Of a stretch of 64,000 nucleotides of DNA, positions 47,067 to 56,763 are shown piece after piece (the first letter of the stretch is position 1; each line of letters opens with the position of its first letter). Made by a program: the position numbers and the translations under genes. Below the pieces are notes generated by a model that saw only the letters and a list, made by a program, of their open reading frames with translations, did no database searches and was not told the origin of the DNA. The stretch is from a virus. The stretch lies in IMG/VR virus record IMGVR_UViG_3300005002_000001; one strand, given 5' to 3'.

Positions 47067-48259
47067 CACTAATAGCTTCCATTGAACACAGATACACTTC
47101 TCGACGCGTCTACCAAGAAGCGTTCGTCAATCTTTACAATTTTTTGAGTGGAACATGCGCTCCTATCGGCGTGCAGTTGATCGCCAATAATAGTGGATCT
47201 AACGGCACAGGATTCGGATTCTGGGACAGCCCGCTGTCAGCCAGTCACAATGCTTGGGCGTGTTTCAAATTTGCATCAGCGACTAATCCTTTTTATACGC
47301 TGATTCAATATACGGAAAATGTTAACTTCGGTACCGCCCCGGGCAATCCGGGTCTGGCAGACGGTGCAGCTGGACAGTATCGAATGGCTGTCGCTGTGGC
47401 TTTCTGTTCGGGAGGGGCAAGTCCTTGGGGTGGGACATCAGCAAGTTTAGGAGCCGACATCAAGAGTACTCCGGTTTGGACGTCAGCATCAGCGCCACTA
47501 TTCGTCTTTCCGAGATCCAATAATCCAACGGGAAGCCATCTGACGAACAAAGAGAACACGATGACGTTTTTTAGATCGACCAATTACTCGCAAGTCGATC
47601 TCTTCAATATGACGACCGAAGGCGGAACGGGAGCCGTTACTCATTTCTTTGCTGATGAGAACAACTTTCTTTTTATGGCTGATCCTGGAGCTTTGGGAAA
47701 TTACAGCGTCATCTATTTCGGGAAATACTCCCCTCGATCTGATATCATTCCTGATTTTCCTTATGTTAGCATGGGTCTTTATACGGATTCTACCGACAGA
47801 GTTCCTATGACGTATACGGCAGATTACGGTTCAACCGCAGGAACCCTGTCAAATACAACATTTCCAGGAGGAATCGTGCATCCTTCGTCTTCTTTCGGAG
47901 TTCGAACGTGTAAGGTATTACTGAATTCGATGTTCATGCAATCGAGATATCATCCCAACAAGTCGATTACGACAGCATCCAATCGTTATGATCTCCATCG
48001 ACCTCAATTGGCAATTTTTGAAGATCCCAATCATTACGGCTATTTGGGTATGATCAATTTCTTTAGAATGGGATGGGGTATTCCGACAGCCGCCGTCTCC
48101 TCTTCCGGAGACTACGCCGCTTTCAATGTGCATTTAGCATTTACGATGAACCGTCCATGGAACACGTATCTCAAAATGATCGTTCCATGGACGGGATCCG
48201 TGCAGCCTTACTCTTTGACTAGCAGACTCGGAGTGCAATTTACGAGGTCGTTTGTTTAA
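47063..48259 (+). CDS. Paralog 4 of the tandem family
   Basis: HNAWACFKFASATNPFYTLIQY...AVAFCSGGASPWGGTS...TPVWT...VFPRSNN...IYFGKYS...PYVSM...GGIVHPSS...GYLGMINFFR...VPWTGS. Confidence 0.5.
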   Translation: MTLIASIEHRYTSRRVYQEAFVNLYNFLSGTCAPIGVQLIANNSGSNGTGFGFWDSPLSASHNAWACFKFASATNPFYTLIQYTENVNFGTAPGNPGLADGAAGQYRMAVAVAFCSGGASPWGGTSASLGADIKSTPVWTSASAPLFVFPRSNNPTGSHLTNKENTMTFFRSTNYSQVDLFNMTTEGGTGAVTHFFADENNFLFMADPGALGNYSVIYFGKYSPRSDIIPDFPYVSMGLYTDSTDRVPMTYTADYGSTAGTLSNTTFPGGIVHPSSSFGVRTCKVLLNSMFMQSRYHPNKSITTASNRYDLHRPQLAIFEDPNHYGYLGMINFFRMGWGIPTAAVSSSGDYAAFNVHLAFTMNRPWNTYLKMIVPWTGSVQPYSLTSRLGVQFTRSFV

Positions 48260-49743
48260 TGGCTCGGCGAGGTCTGATCAATTGTCACATCGATGGTAGG
48301 GGCCAGCATGCTCCGTATCAAACTCCCGTTTCTCCGATCGGATCTGAAATGTACGGTGCCCATGGTTCGTACATGTCTAATGAGATGTTCGTTACTCTCT
48401 TCAACTTTTTTAGTAGTGCGACCGCTCAGAGTTTAGGAATTCAAAGAAGGGCTTACTTCCAGGGAGGACAGTCTCAAAATCTTTGTTATCCGATGCTTGA
48501 ATTTATGACTGCTTCCCAGTGGGCGGGCACGGGCACGGGTTATTGGGATCAGGCGAATCCCATGGGAAATCATGCTTGGGCGGCTTTTGAATTCACTCTA
48601 GGATCTCCTTCATTTTGGATTTTTATGCAATGGGGAGCCACGACCGGAGCCGCTGGAGGAGCTTCAGGTGAGCAAGGATATTTCACGTCACAAGCTTTCG
48701 GATTGAGCGGATCGGGTGGACAAGCAAGCGGTTCTCTTGGAAACCCTTATGCATCTGACGCTAGCAATATTGGAGGTCACACCGCGTTAACAGTAGCCGG
48801 TCACACTCGACTCGCGGGTTGCGGAATTTCTGTCGCTTTCATGAATGACGGATCATCTCCGTGGAATGGTACGATCAACAACAATGGGGCAGACACAAAG
48901 GGAGCGCCGCTTTGGAAAGCTTCTGCCATGGCATTTCCGAGAGCCAACAACGATCGTGGAATGTTTGCTTCATCAAAAGATTTACTGTTCGGATTGATGT
49001 ACGAAGGAAACAGCTGTTTCGTTACGACGAGAGTCAGTTCCCCGGGAAGTGGTCAACCTCAACTATCCATGACTGGTCTGGGCATGTCAAAGTACGTGCC
49101 CATCTATGACAATTCCGATGTTCTTTATCATACTATCATCGAAGAAGATAAGTTATGTATTTTGATCGATCATTCAGGCATAGGTTGCTACAGCATGTTC
49201 TATTATGGTCCGTACGTTCCCTATTCATCAGGTAGTATCGCTCCGAGAATAGCTCTTCATAAGTATCTTAATAACAATGATGCTGCGGGCGTGCTCTCAC
49301 TCGGAAATAACCAAGTGTATGGTGGATTTGATATGGGTCTCATCAATGCTTCGAATCAGTTTTCCGATCAAACCATGGGAGATTATGCTTATCATCAAGG
49401 TGGTGTGACGCATCCTGTGTCTGCTTCTGTCGTCGGTTGCAGTTTGGACACTTTTCCCAACTCTTATTTTGACAGTCCGCGTCGATTTCAGACGGATATC
49501 AGAGGACCGTGGTTGACCAGTTTCCCCCTAGTTTATATGAACGAATTTCCTGAACGCCGGGCCCTATTGGGAGAGATCAGATGGTTTTCGATCATTGCAA
49601 ATATCAGATCTGGAGCTCTACTCAATACCGGATCACTTTTGGCCGTAGGTAATACCGAGCTTGGAACTTTCAAAGCAGTTGTTCCTTGGTTCACAGGATC
49701 GATTCCGGGTATTTATGGATCGAGGCTCGGTCAATCCCGATGA
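48259..49743 (+). CDS. Paralog 5 of the tandem family
   Basis: NHAWAAFEFTLGSPSFWIFMQWG...DGSSPWNGTINNNGADTKGAPLWK...FPRANND...FYYGPY...GGVTHP...VPWFTGS. Confidence 0.5.
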   Translation: MARRGLINCHIDGRGQHAPYQTPVSPIGSEMYGAHGSYMSNEMFVTLFNFFSSATAQSLGIQRRAYFQGGQSQNLCYPMLEFMTASQWAGTGTGYWDQANPMGNHAWAAFEFTLGSPSFWIFMQWGATTGAAGGASGEQGYFTSQAFGLSGSGGQASGSLGNPYASDASNIGGHTALTVAGHTRLAGCGISVAFMNDGSSPWNGTINNNGADTKGAPLWKASAMAFPRANNDRGMFASSKDLLFGLMYEGNSCFVTTRVSSPGSGQPQLSMTGLGMSKYVPIYDNSDVLYHTIIEEDKLCILIDHSGIGCYSMFYYGPYVPYSSGSIAPRIALHKYLNNNDAAGVLSLGNNQVYGGFDMGLINASNQFSDQTMGDYAYHQGGVTHPVSASVVGCSLDTFPNSYFDSPRRFQTDIRGPWLTSFPLVYMNEFPERRALLGEIRWFSIIANIRSGALLNTGSLLAVGNTELGTFKAVVPWFTGSIPGIYGSRLGQSR

Positions 49744-49749
49744 TGCTTA

Positions 49750-51168
49750 ATGCCCAAAGGTGTTTTAAATTGCTCAGCAGAAGGTAGGATGTTTCATCGG
49801 TTCACCCCTAATTTCACGGGTGAACATACCTTCAACGTCAGCGCAATTGACGTTTTCACTAACGTAATTTCTGCTTTCGATTCTTCGATGGCCGTTAACT
49901 ATGGTATTTTTCGAAGGGCGAGCAATTTTGGCCTGACGGGAAATGCGACGAATAATATTTCGAGATTCACCGAAGCTAGCATCCTAACCAATCCAGGAAA
50001 CGGCCTGACAAGGTGGGATGCTGGCGCGCCCCCTGGAAACAACGCTTGGGCTGTTTACGAATTCACGCAAGCTTCGGTTCCCTTTTGGGTATTAATACAG
50101 TACGCTAAAGAATCTATCGATTTTAGCTATCAACGATTGGGAGAACCGCCCGGCGCCCCGGGTTCGACACAAAGCATCATGTCAAATACGACTCCGACGA
50201 CTCAAAATAGAAACAACGGAGTCAATATTGCTATAGCTTTTATGCTTGATGGAACTTCTCCATGGACCGGGTCAACTAACAACGATGGATCAGACACCAA
50301 AAGCAATCCTGTTTGGAAAACGGACGCTATCAAATTTCCTCGTGGAAATGACGAAGGCGGCTGGGAATTTTTGACTTCGGATCGAATGATTCCTATCATT
50401 CACGAAACATCTATCATTTACAATCCCGGTTATTCGACGACACAGCATAATCCGAATCCCTCCGCTGTAGCTTATGACGCGTTCAACATGCTATATCACA
50501 TCATCTTCGATCAGAATAATATTCTGATTTTTTTTGATGTCAATGGCCAAGGAAATGCCGGTAGTCTGTTCTATTACGGGAAATTCAAGCCTTATCACTC
50601 TAACAATCCGGCTCCGTATGTCTGTTTGTATCGAAACAATTGTTATGATGACACTAGCGAATCTCTAACTGTGGCTGAAGATAGGCAGAAGCAATATACG
50701 CCATATGGTAGTGTCAATTCCAATTCGACCTTTACGGTCACTAGCAACACGACCAACAATTTCATGCAGCCCTATTTAAATTCAGGGCCTAGGCAAGCCA
50801 TCAATGGAGGTGTATATCATCACGCTCGTCGACACAGCGTGGGGTGTCTGATAGGAGTCGCTCCTCATCTGAACTATGATTTGAGACAAATTCCTAACAT
50901 GCAAATGAAACAGGATAATTCAGGTCAATTTAGACATATGACTTCATACCCGGACGTCTTAGGATTCGAATATCCCAGTCGATATGGCTATATGGGTCGT
51001 CTCAGCTTCTTCAAAGTTGCGAAGAATGTTAGACACGGTCATTTCTTTTCTGATTCTGAAATGATCATTGGCAATCCAGCTGTCGGTTCTAACAAGATGA
51101 TCATCCCGTGGGACGCTAACACCGAATACGGTCTTTTTGGAAATAGATTCGGAGCGGCTTGGTTATGA
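49750..51168 (+). CDS. Paralog 6 of the tandem family
   Basis: NNAWAVYEFTQASVPFWVLIQYAKE...DGTSPWTGSTNNDGSDTKSNPVWK...FPRGNDEGG...FYYGKF...PYVCL...GGVYHH...IPWDAN. Confidence 0.5.
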   Translation: MPKGVLNCSAEGRMFHRFTPNFTGEHTFNVSAIDVFTNVISAFDSSMAVNYGIFRRASNFGLTGNATNNISRFTEASILTNPGNGLTRWDAGAPPGNNAWAVYEFTQASVPFWVLIQYAKESIDFSYQRLGEPPGAPGSTQSIMSNTTPTTQNRNNGVNIAIAFMLDGTSPWTGSTNNDGSDTKSNPVWKTDAIKFPRGNDEGGWEFLTSDRMIPIIHETSIIYNPGYSTTQHNPNPSAVAYDAFNMLYHIIFDQNNILIFFDVNGQGNAGSLFYYGKFKPYHSNNPAPYVCLYRNNCYDDTSESLTVAEDRQKQYTPYGSVNSNSTFTVTSNTTNNFMQPYLNSGPRQAINGGVYHHARRHSVGCLIGVAPHLNYDLRQIPNMQMKQDNSGQFRHMTSYPDVLGFEYPSRYGYMGRLSFFKVAKNVRHGHFFSDSEMIIGNPAVGSNKMIIPWDANTEYGLFGNRFGAAWL

Positions 51169-52574
51169 CATTTCGGGGGCTTTTGAACTGTGATGTTGAT
51201 TATCGATCCCCTTGGTTTGAAAACGGGTTATCACTTGGCGCGATGGGAACCATCGATCAACAGATCTTTGTGACACTCTTCAAGTTTATGTCAGGTTCCG
51301 TCGGTCAAAGTTTGGGAATTCGATTACGAGCTCATAATTTTGGAAGAAACAACGATCTAAATTTCAATTATGGATGGAGATCTGGCGGCAGCTCTTCTAT
51401 GAATTATTGGGACGAAAATTCACCTGCTGGTAATAACGCATTCGGAGTCTTTGAGTTTACGCAAGCATCTCCTCCTCTCTGGGTCTGTTTGCAGTATCAT
51501 GGCTATAGCTTCAACTCTTCGCTGAGCCCTAACAGTTCACCAACAACTCCGACATATCCCCAGTCTTCTGTGGGACCAAACGGAAATGAATCGGGCGTCT
51601 TTATCTCATGCGCCTTTAGACAGGACGGCGCTCGTCCGTGGAATGGAACTATTGCTAATACGGGATCAGACACCAAAGCCAATCCTGTTTGGAACAGCGG
51701 ATCAGCTATTTTTCCTCGAGCTTCGGCATTTGGAGGTGATAGAGAATCAGCCGCGGATGCCGTCATGAGATTGACTCCTCGCGCCGGGAGCGTCCGCGGG
51801 CAGGTGGGAGGATCAGATTCGACATTTGTTGATAACCCGACAGCGTCGTTCGATAAAAATTCAGGTGTATACCATTTCATAGTTTCAGAAGATTCGCTAC
51901 TTTTTGTGATGGATCCCAAAGGCATTGGCAATTATAGCTGCGTCTTCTATATGGGTAAGTACGATCAGATTCGAACGGCTCTGTCTGAAAGCCTCAACTG
52001 GTGTAACTACGTCTGCCTGCAACTGATGAACACTGACAGTTCACCCAATCGTCCCATTCTTCCGCGCTATGGAGAATCTACGATTGGTTCTATCATTCCG
52101 TTCGGTCCTCGTAGCATTAATCAAACTGCCTATCCTACATCCGGATCATCTGCCAATCCCGATCATGGGCTTAATGAAACGTGGATAGGCGGCGGAGCAA
52201 ACAACGTCTATACTAATCGAGTAGAAGCCACTATCATCGATAGAAATCAACTTATCGAAGATACAAATTTGTTGACGCCAATCTATCTTAGACATCCCAA
52301 TCGTGCCGCATCTAATCCGACAGGTCGAACCCCGGGACGTTTTGATATGTTCACGATTCCTATCGCATGTTTCGGAGATCATTTTGGCTATGGCAAGTTG
52401 GGAGAGATCAGTACTTTTTACATGGTCTTTGGTTTACCCTCGAATGCGACGATCAACAATAAACAGTGGGCAGTCGTGGGTGATGCTCAAGTGAATTCGA
52501 TTAAGCTAGCAATTCCCTGGGACGGTATTTCTGATCCCGGAACGGCCGGCGGTCGAGGAGGAATTTCTTTCTAA
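51159..52574 (+). CDS. Paralog 7 of the tandem family
   Basis: NNAFGVFEFTQASPPLWVCLQYHG...DGARPWNGTIANTGSDTKANPVWN...FPRASAFGG...FYMGKY...IPWDGIS. Confidence 0.5.
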   Translation: MVMTFRGLLNCDVDYRSPWFENGLSLGAMGTIDQQIFVTLFKFMSGSVGQSLGIRLRAHNFGRNNDLNFNYGWRSGGSSSMNYWDENSPAGNNAFGVFEFTQASPPLWVCLQYHGYSFNSSLSPNSSPTTPTYPQSSVGPNGNESGVFISCAFRQDGARPWNGTIANTGSDTKANPVWNSGSAIFPRASAFGGDRESAADAVMRLTPRAGSVRGQVGGSDSTFVDNPTASFDKNSGVYHFIVSEDSLLFVMDPKGIGNYSCVFYMGKYDQIRTALSESLNWCNYVCLQLMNTDSSPNRPILPRYGESTIGSIIPFGPRSINQTAYPTSGSSANPDHGLNETWIGGGANNVYTNRVEATIIDRNQLIEDTNLLTPIYLRHPNRAASNPTGRTPGRFDMFTIPIACFGDHFGYGKLGEISTFYMVFGLPSNATINNKQWAVVGDAQVNSIKLAIPWDGISDPGTAGGRGGISF

Positions 52575-53953
52575 TGCCGATGGCAGGACTAGTCAATCAA
52601 GGGTGGAAGTACGCACCCTTCCCTGATCCGGTGTATCCCTCGCCTGCAGCGAGAGTCATCGTATACGATCACACGTTTGTAAACTTCTTTAGATTCTTGT
52701 CGGGCACGTGCGCTCCCATGGGTGTTCGACTTCGAGCTTATCACACAGGCTCGGGATCTCCCAATGGCGGCATGAACGCTATGGATTCGGGCTATAAACC
52801 TCATGGCGATCACGCTTGGTACACTTTTGAATTTACGCAAGCCAATCCTCCCTTTTGGCTGCACGCATGGATCGGTGTGTTTGGTGGATTCGACGGGGGC
52901 GGCGCCGCCGCCCCCGCATTGACAGACGGAGGCGATAGCGGAAATAATCGTCATTGGTCGATTGCCGTTGCATGTCGGTCAGACGGAGGTTGCCCGTGGA
53001 ACGGTTCGACATCTAGCAGCGGCATCGACACTAAAGGATCGACGGTTTGGTCTGCTACCGCCGGAGGAGGATCTGGAACATTATATGTTTGGCCACGGTC
53101 CAACAATCCCGGAGGATCCCACAATACCAACAAACAAAATACTGCTGGAGCTTTTTCTGATAATACTGAGTCGCTTTTTGTTTATGACAGCGGCTTTGAG
53201 CCGACGTCTTTCGCTCATTTTTTCGCAGGCCCCGATTGGTATCTCATGTTTAACGAAGCGGGAGGTAATGGCATTTGTTACTGGGATCACTTCGGCAATT
53301 ACATTCCTATTCCCGCTATTAGCGGAACGTGTCCTCACTACTTTATGGCTAACTTTAAGGGTCGTATGTCCAATGGTCATGGCACATACGATCAGTTTAT
53401 GCATGAATTAGCAGGTTTTCAAGGATTTGGCTCTTTGAATGGAGGTTCGTTTGATGCTTCTACCTTCGGAAGTTTTGCTGGATCAGATTTCGCTGTCGAT
53501 GGATTAAGTACGGGAGGAATTGCTGTCCCATCTTCTGCATCGACTAGTCCTGTGAGAGTCATGCATTGGTCTATGCCCTCTATTTTTCCTTATGTTATTC
53601 ATGGCATGTCAGCTGGAAATCTAGCAGCTAATTCGGGATCAGCTTGGATCGATGAATGGACTCCGTATTTGTATGTCGGAGAATTTCCATATGGAACGGG
53701 TTCAGCGGGCTACGTTGGAGTAGCCCGCGATTTAAAGATCGTAGGTGGTGGAGTGCAGCACATGTCACTTAATGCCCAGCGAACTAAAGCCGCTATTCAT
53801 TGCTTTCCGTACCTTTTTGGGGACGTTCTCAATGGTTTTACAAGCTACAATGATATTAGTCCGACTCATTTGTCTATTGTGACACCCTGGACTTCTTCTA
53901 TCTATCCTTATCATAACGTGACGTCAGACGGCACTTCCTTTTACATTCCCTGA
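52574..53953 (+). CDS. Paralog 8 of the tandem family
   Basis: DHAWYTFEFTQANPPFWLHAWIG...DGGCPWNGSTSSSGIDTKGSTVWS...VWPRSNNPGG...TPWTSS. Confidence 0.5.
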   Translation: MPMAGLVNQGWKYAPFPDPVYPSPAARVIVYDHTFVNFFRFLSGTCAPMGVRLRAYHTGSGSPNGGMNAMDSGYKPHGDHAWYTFEFTQANPPFWLHAWIGVFGGFDGGGAAAPALTDGGDSGNNRHWSIAVACRSDGGCPWNGSTSSSGIDTKGSTVWSATAGGGSGTLYVWPRSNNPGGSHNTNKQNTAGAFSDNTESLFVYDSGFEPTSFAHFFAGPDWYLMFNEAGGNGICYWDHFGNYIPIPAISGTCPHYFMANFKGRMSNGHGTYDQFMHELAGFQGFGSLNGGSFDASTFGSFAGSDFAVDGLSTGGIAVPSSASTSPVRVMHWSMPSIFPYVIHGMSAGNLAANSGSAWIDEWTPYLYVGEFPYGTGSAGYVGVARDLKIVGGGVQHMSLNAQRTKAAIHCFPYLFGDVLNGFTSYNDISPTHLSIVTPWTSSIYPYHNVTSDGTSFYIP

Positions 53954-53959
53954 GAATCC

Positions 53960-55204
53960 ATGGCACTACACGGTACAGTAAATCATACGATATGGAGGCC
54001 TGTAAACAATCAAGAGGTCGAATTTCGTCACGCGTTCAACGACATGTTCGTCGCGACCTATCGCTTTTTGAATTCGTCTACCGCTCAATCGATGGGTATC
54101 TTTCGACGAGCTTGCAACTTCAACAATCAATTTTCAGATTGTGATTTCAAATATCGTCAGTCTTCTCCCCCGCCAGGGAACAATGCTTGGGCGCTTTTTG
54201 AATTTTCATCCGCAAATTTACCCTTTTGGTTGCTTATTCAACAAAGTGATGCTTTAAGCAATAATTCATTTGGTATCGGTGCAGGAGAACCGGCCGACAA
54301 TGATTGGTCAGGAAAGATCAGCGGGTTTGCTTTTTCTGTCGCTTTAAGAGAAGATGGAGGAAGTCCATGGGCTGGTTCAACTCTCAACGACGGTAACGAT
54401 TCTAAAGCTCGTCCGGTCTGGACGCCGGGACCGTCTAGACTAGCGATGTTTCCGATTAGCAATGGTTCCAAAGGACAATGGAGAGTTGCTCGATCAGGCA
54501 TGCACCCGATCTCTTTATGGATCGATGCTAACAACACTCGAACTAGATGCACGCTTTATCATTTTTTGGCCAGCGAAGATGGCATCACATTTTTGATGGG
54601 ACATGATGGTGGTACAAATTACGACATTACATTTTTCGGAAAATACAATCCGCTAAATGCTTCCACATTTTCGACTTCGTACGTTTTCTTCGGAACTCTG
54701 ACGGACAATTTGGGATTTTTCAACACGGGATATTCTGATGAGATTTGGCCATGGCACGGCGGCGGCGGTGCCTATGGATCTCGTCATTTTGGATCAAATT
54801 TGGTTGGCATGACATACGCCGGAGGAAACTCACTTTCAGGACAGGACTACTACTGGACGGGAGGAATTCTGGATAAGAATACTTTCACTTCCGTTCCGAT
54901 GGCGATCTCTCTGCCGATGCAGATTCATTACTATCGTTATTACGCCAGAAGGCTCGTTCTGAATCCAGCCCTCAAAAAAATCGATGTTTTTAACTTCCCT
55001 ATTGCATCTGATGGGTTAGGCCGAGGAATCGTAGGCGAACTCAATAATTTGAAGTACGTTCACACATTGCCCAATCACGCCACTATTCATGGTAGAAAAT
55101 TTGCTGTATTTGGTAGAACTGCTGCCCAGGGAAAAATCATGTCGCAATGGGCGCCCGGAATTCCTCCCGGAAGGTATACGAATGTATTTGGAGAGCAATT
55201 TTAA
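53960..55204 (+). CDS. Paralog 9 of the tandem family
   Basis: NNAWALFEFSSANLPFWLLIQQSD...DGGSPWAGSTLNDGNDSKARPVWT...FPISNGS...TFFGKYN...SYVFF. Confidence 0.5.
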   Translation: MALHGTVNHTIWRPVNNQEVEFRHAFNDMFVATYRFLNSSTAQSMGIFRRACNFNNQFSDCDFKYRQSSPPPGNNAWALFEFSSANLPFWLLIQQSDALSNNSFGIGAGEPADNDWSGKISGFAFSVALREDGGSPWAGSTLNDGNDSKARPVWTPGPSRLAMFPISNGSKGQWRVARSGMHPISLWIDANNTRTRCTLYHFLASEDGITFLMGHDGGTNYDITFFGKYNPLNASTFSTSYVFFGTLTDNLGFFNTGYSDEIWPWHGGGGAYGSRHFGSNLVGMTYAGGNSLSGQDYYWTGGILDKNTFTSVPMAISLPMQIHYYRYYARRLVLNPALKKIDVFNFPIASDGLGRGIVGELNNLKYVHTLPNHATIHGRKFAVFGRTAAQGKIMSQWAPGIPPGRYTNVFGEQF

Positions 55205-55758
55205 TGGCTCTCGTTCTGATGGTGACTCAATCGCTTAGTGATGGCTACAGAATCTCTCCGGAGACATTGTCAGCCCATATGAGCTCATCAGATTACATAT
55301 CAGCTTCGGTCGGTTACGTTTTCTCGACGACGGATTATCCAGAGACGATTTGTTATATCGTTTCGTCATCATTTGCTACTGAGATCTATGGAGAAGTTTT
55401 CGAAGCCCGCCCTCCCGAATACAACGCGGTGACGCCGCTCATTCCGTCCGAAATGTTAGTTGCCGCCGTCGGACAATTCGTTCCTAGGCGAAATTACTAT
55501 ATGTCAAGCTCTTTTGCTGATGATACGACGCAGGATGTTTCGACGTTCATTGCTCGATCTTCTGACTATACAGGTCTGACAGCTAGCATTTCTACGCTTG
55601 ATACGATTGAACTCGGCACGACATCGAATGTCGAACCTGATGAGCCGCCGTTCCCTGACCCACCTCCCGTCGGTCCCTACGATATGAATCGATTCCGAAA
55701 GACGTATACCCACGTACGTGTAAGGCCTAGAATCAGGAAATACAGTTCGTCTCCGTGA
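55204..55758 (+). CDS. Hypothetical Ser/Thr-rich protein with a Pro-rich C-terminal segment
   Basis: The track ORF starts at 55147. The ATG at 55204 overlaps the paralog-9 stop as TAATG. S/T-rich with PDEPPFPDPPPVGPY. Confidence 0.35.
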   Translation: MALVLMVTQSLSDGYRISPETLSAHMSSSDYISASVGYVFSTTDYPETICYIVSSSFATEIYGEVFEARPPEYNAVTPLIPSEMLVAAVGQFVPRRNYYMSSSFADDTTQDVSTFIARSSDYTGLTASISTLDTIELGTTSNVEPDEPPFPDPPPVGPYDMNRFRKTYTHVRVRPRIRKYSSSP

Positions 55759-55782
55759 TCGACTTCTTACTTATGGACAACA

Positions 55783-56763
55783 ATGGGACTGCTTGATTCC
55801 AAGACACGCATTCTAGATACGCAAGTGACCCTTGAGGGACGGCGGCAGATCTCTACAGGTCGATTCAAGATCGAATGGATCTCTTTGACAGACGGTTCGA
55901 CCTTTTACGAGGCTGATGCTGTTTCGGGATCGTCCGACGCTACCAAACGATTGTACCTGGAAACATGCCATCTTCCGCAAGATCAGATCACTTTTGAAGC
56001 CGACGATTCGGGCAAGCTGATGCCGTTTCGAAATGACAGAAACATTATCGTCAAGAGCGGCAAGATCTTCTCCGGTAGCATCAATATCACGGGCTCGTTT
56101 GCCAACGATTACGAGCTGATCGAAAATGAGCAGTTTGCCAGTCTGGCTTCATCTTTGCTTTCTTCATCTTTGGACAATTTCAAGAAGTGTCGGATGATCG
56201 GCACTATCGATCCGATCTTCGAAGATGATCTTTTCTTGGCAGGTCCTTCAGATATTAGTTTCGTCATCACTGATGAGCAACCTATCGACGATGTGCGGGC
56301 CCAATCGGCCAATATCAATCACCTAGAATCCTTTTTCCAGGATCGAAGGATGATGCATCTTGACAACTTCATGTACCTTCCTCCTGTCATGAAGACCGAG
56401 GATGCTGTGGACCTGACCAATCCAGACCAAGCTAGAATATTCAGAATCGGAGAATATGCAGCACTTGGCCCGGTCGATAAGTCAGATTATTCTGAGTTCG
56501 AAGAGGAACTGCTGACTGCCGAACGAACCGGGTTCTGTAAGACAGTGAGGTTCGATCCTACTAGTCGAAACAACCGAATCGGAGCTCAGTTTTTCGAAAT
56601 TCGAAAGAATGACATTCTAAAGCTTGAAGCCATCGATTTCGGGTCGTATCGAACGGACGATCCGGATCGTCCGATCAAGAAAGTATTCTTTCTAGGCAAA
56701 GTCATGGTCGACGACAACGGCAACTACACGTTCATCCATCTCTTTACGCTGGTGTTCGACTGA
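55783..56763 (+). CDS. Hypothetical protein (probably virion-associated)
   Basis: 326 aa. Its stop overlaps the next start. No motif recognised. Confidence 0.4.
   Translation: MGLLDSKTRILDTQVTLEGRRQISTGRFKIEWISLTDGSTFYEADAVSGSSDATKRLYLETCHLPQDQITFEADDSGKLMPFRNDRNIIVKSGKIFSGSINITGSFANDYELIENEQFASLASSLLSSSLDNFKKCRMIGTIDPIFEDDLFLAGPSDISFVITDEQPIDDVRAQSANINHLESFFQDRRMMHLDNFMYLPPVMKTEDAVDLTNPDQARIFRIGEYAALGPVDKSDYSEFEEELLTAERTGFCKTVRFDPTSRNNRIGAQFFEIRKNDILKLEAIDFGSYRTDDPDRPIKKVFFLGKVMVDDNGNYTFIHLFTLVFD

Noticed and set aside
42585-55204. The conserved PWNG(T/S) block in the nine paralogs as an N-glycosylation sequon linking the array to the glycan island
   Set aside because: The Asn is present in only 5 of 9 paralogs (the others have PWSLGT, PWGGTS, PWTGST or PWAGST). 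The motif is better explained as a structural signature. Virion glycosylation stays possible but is not supported by this motif.
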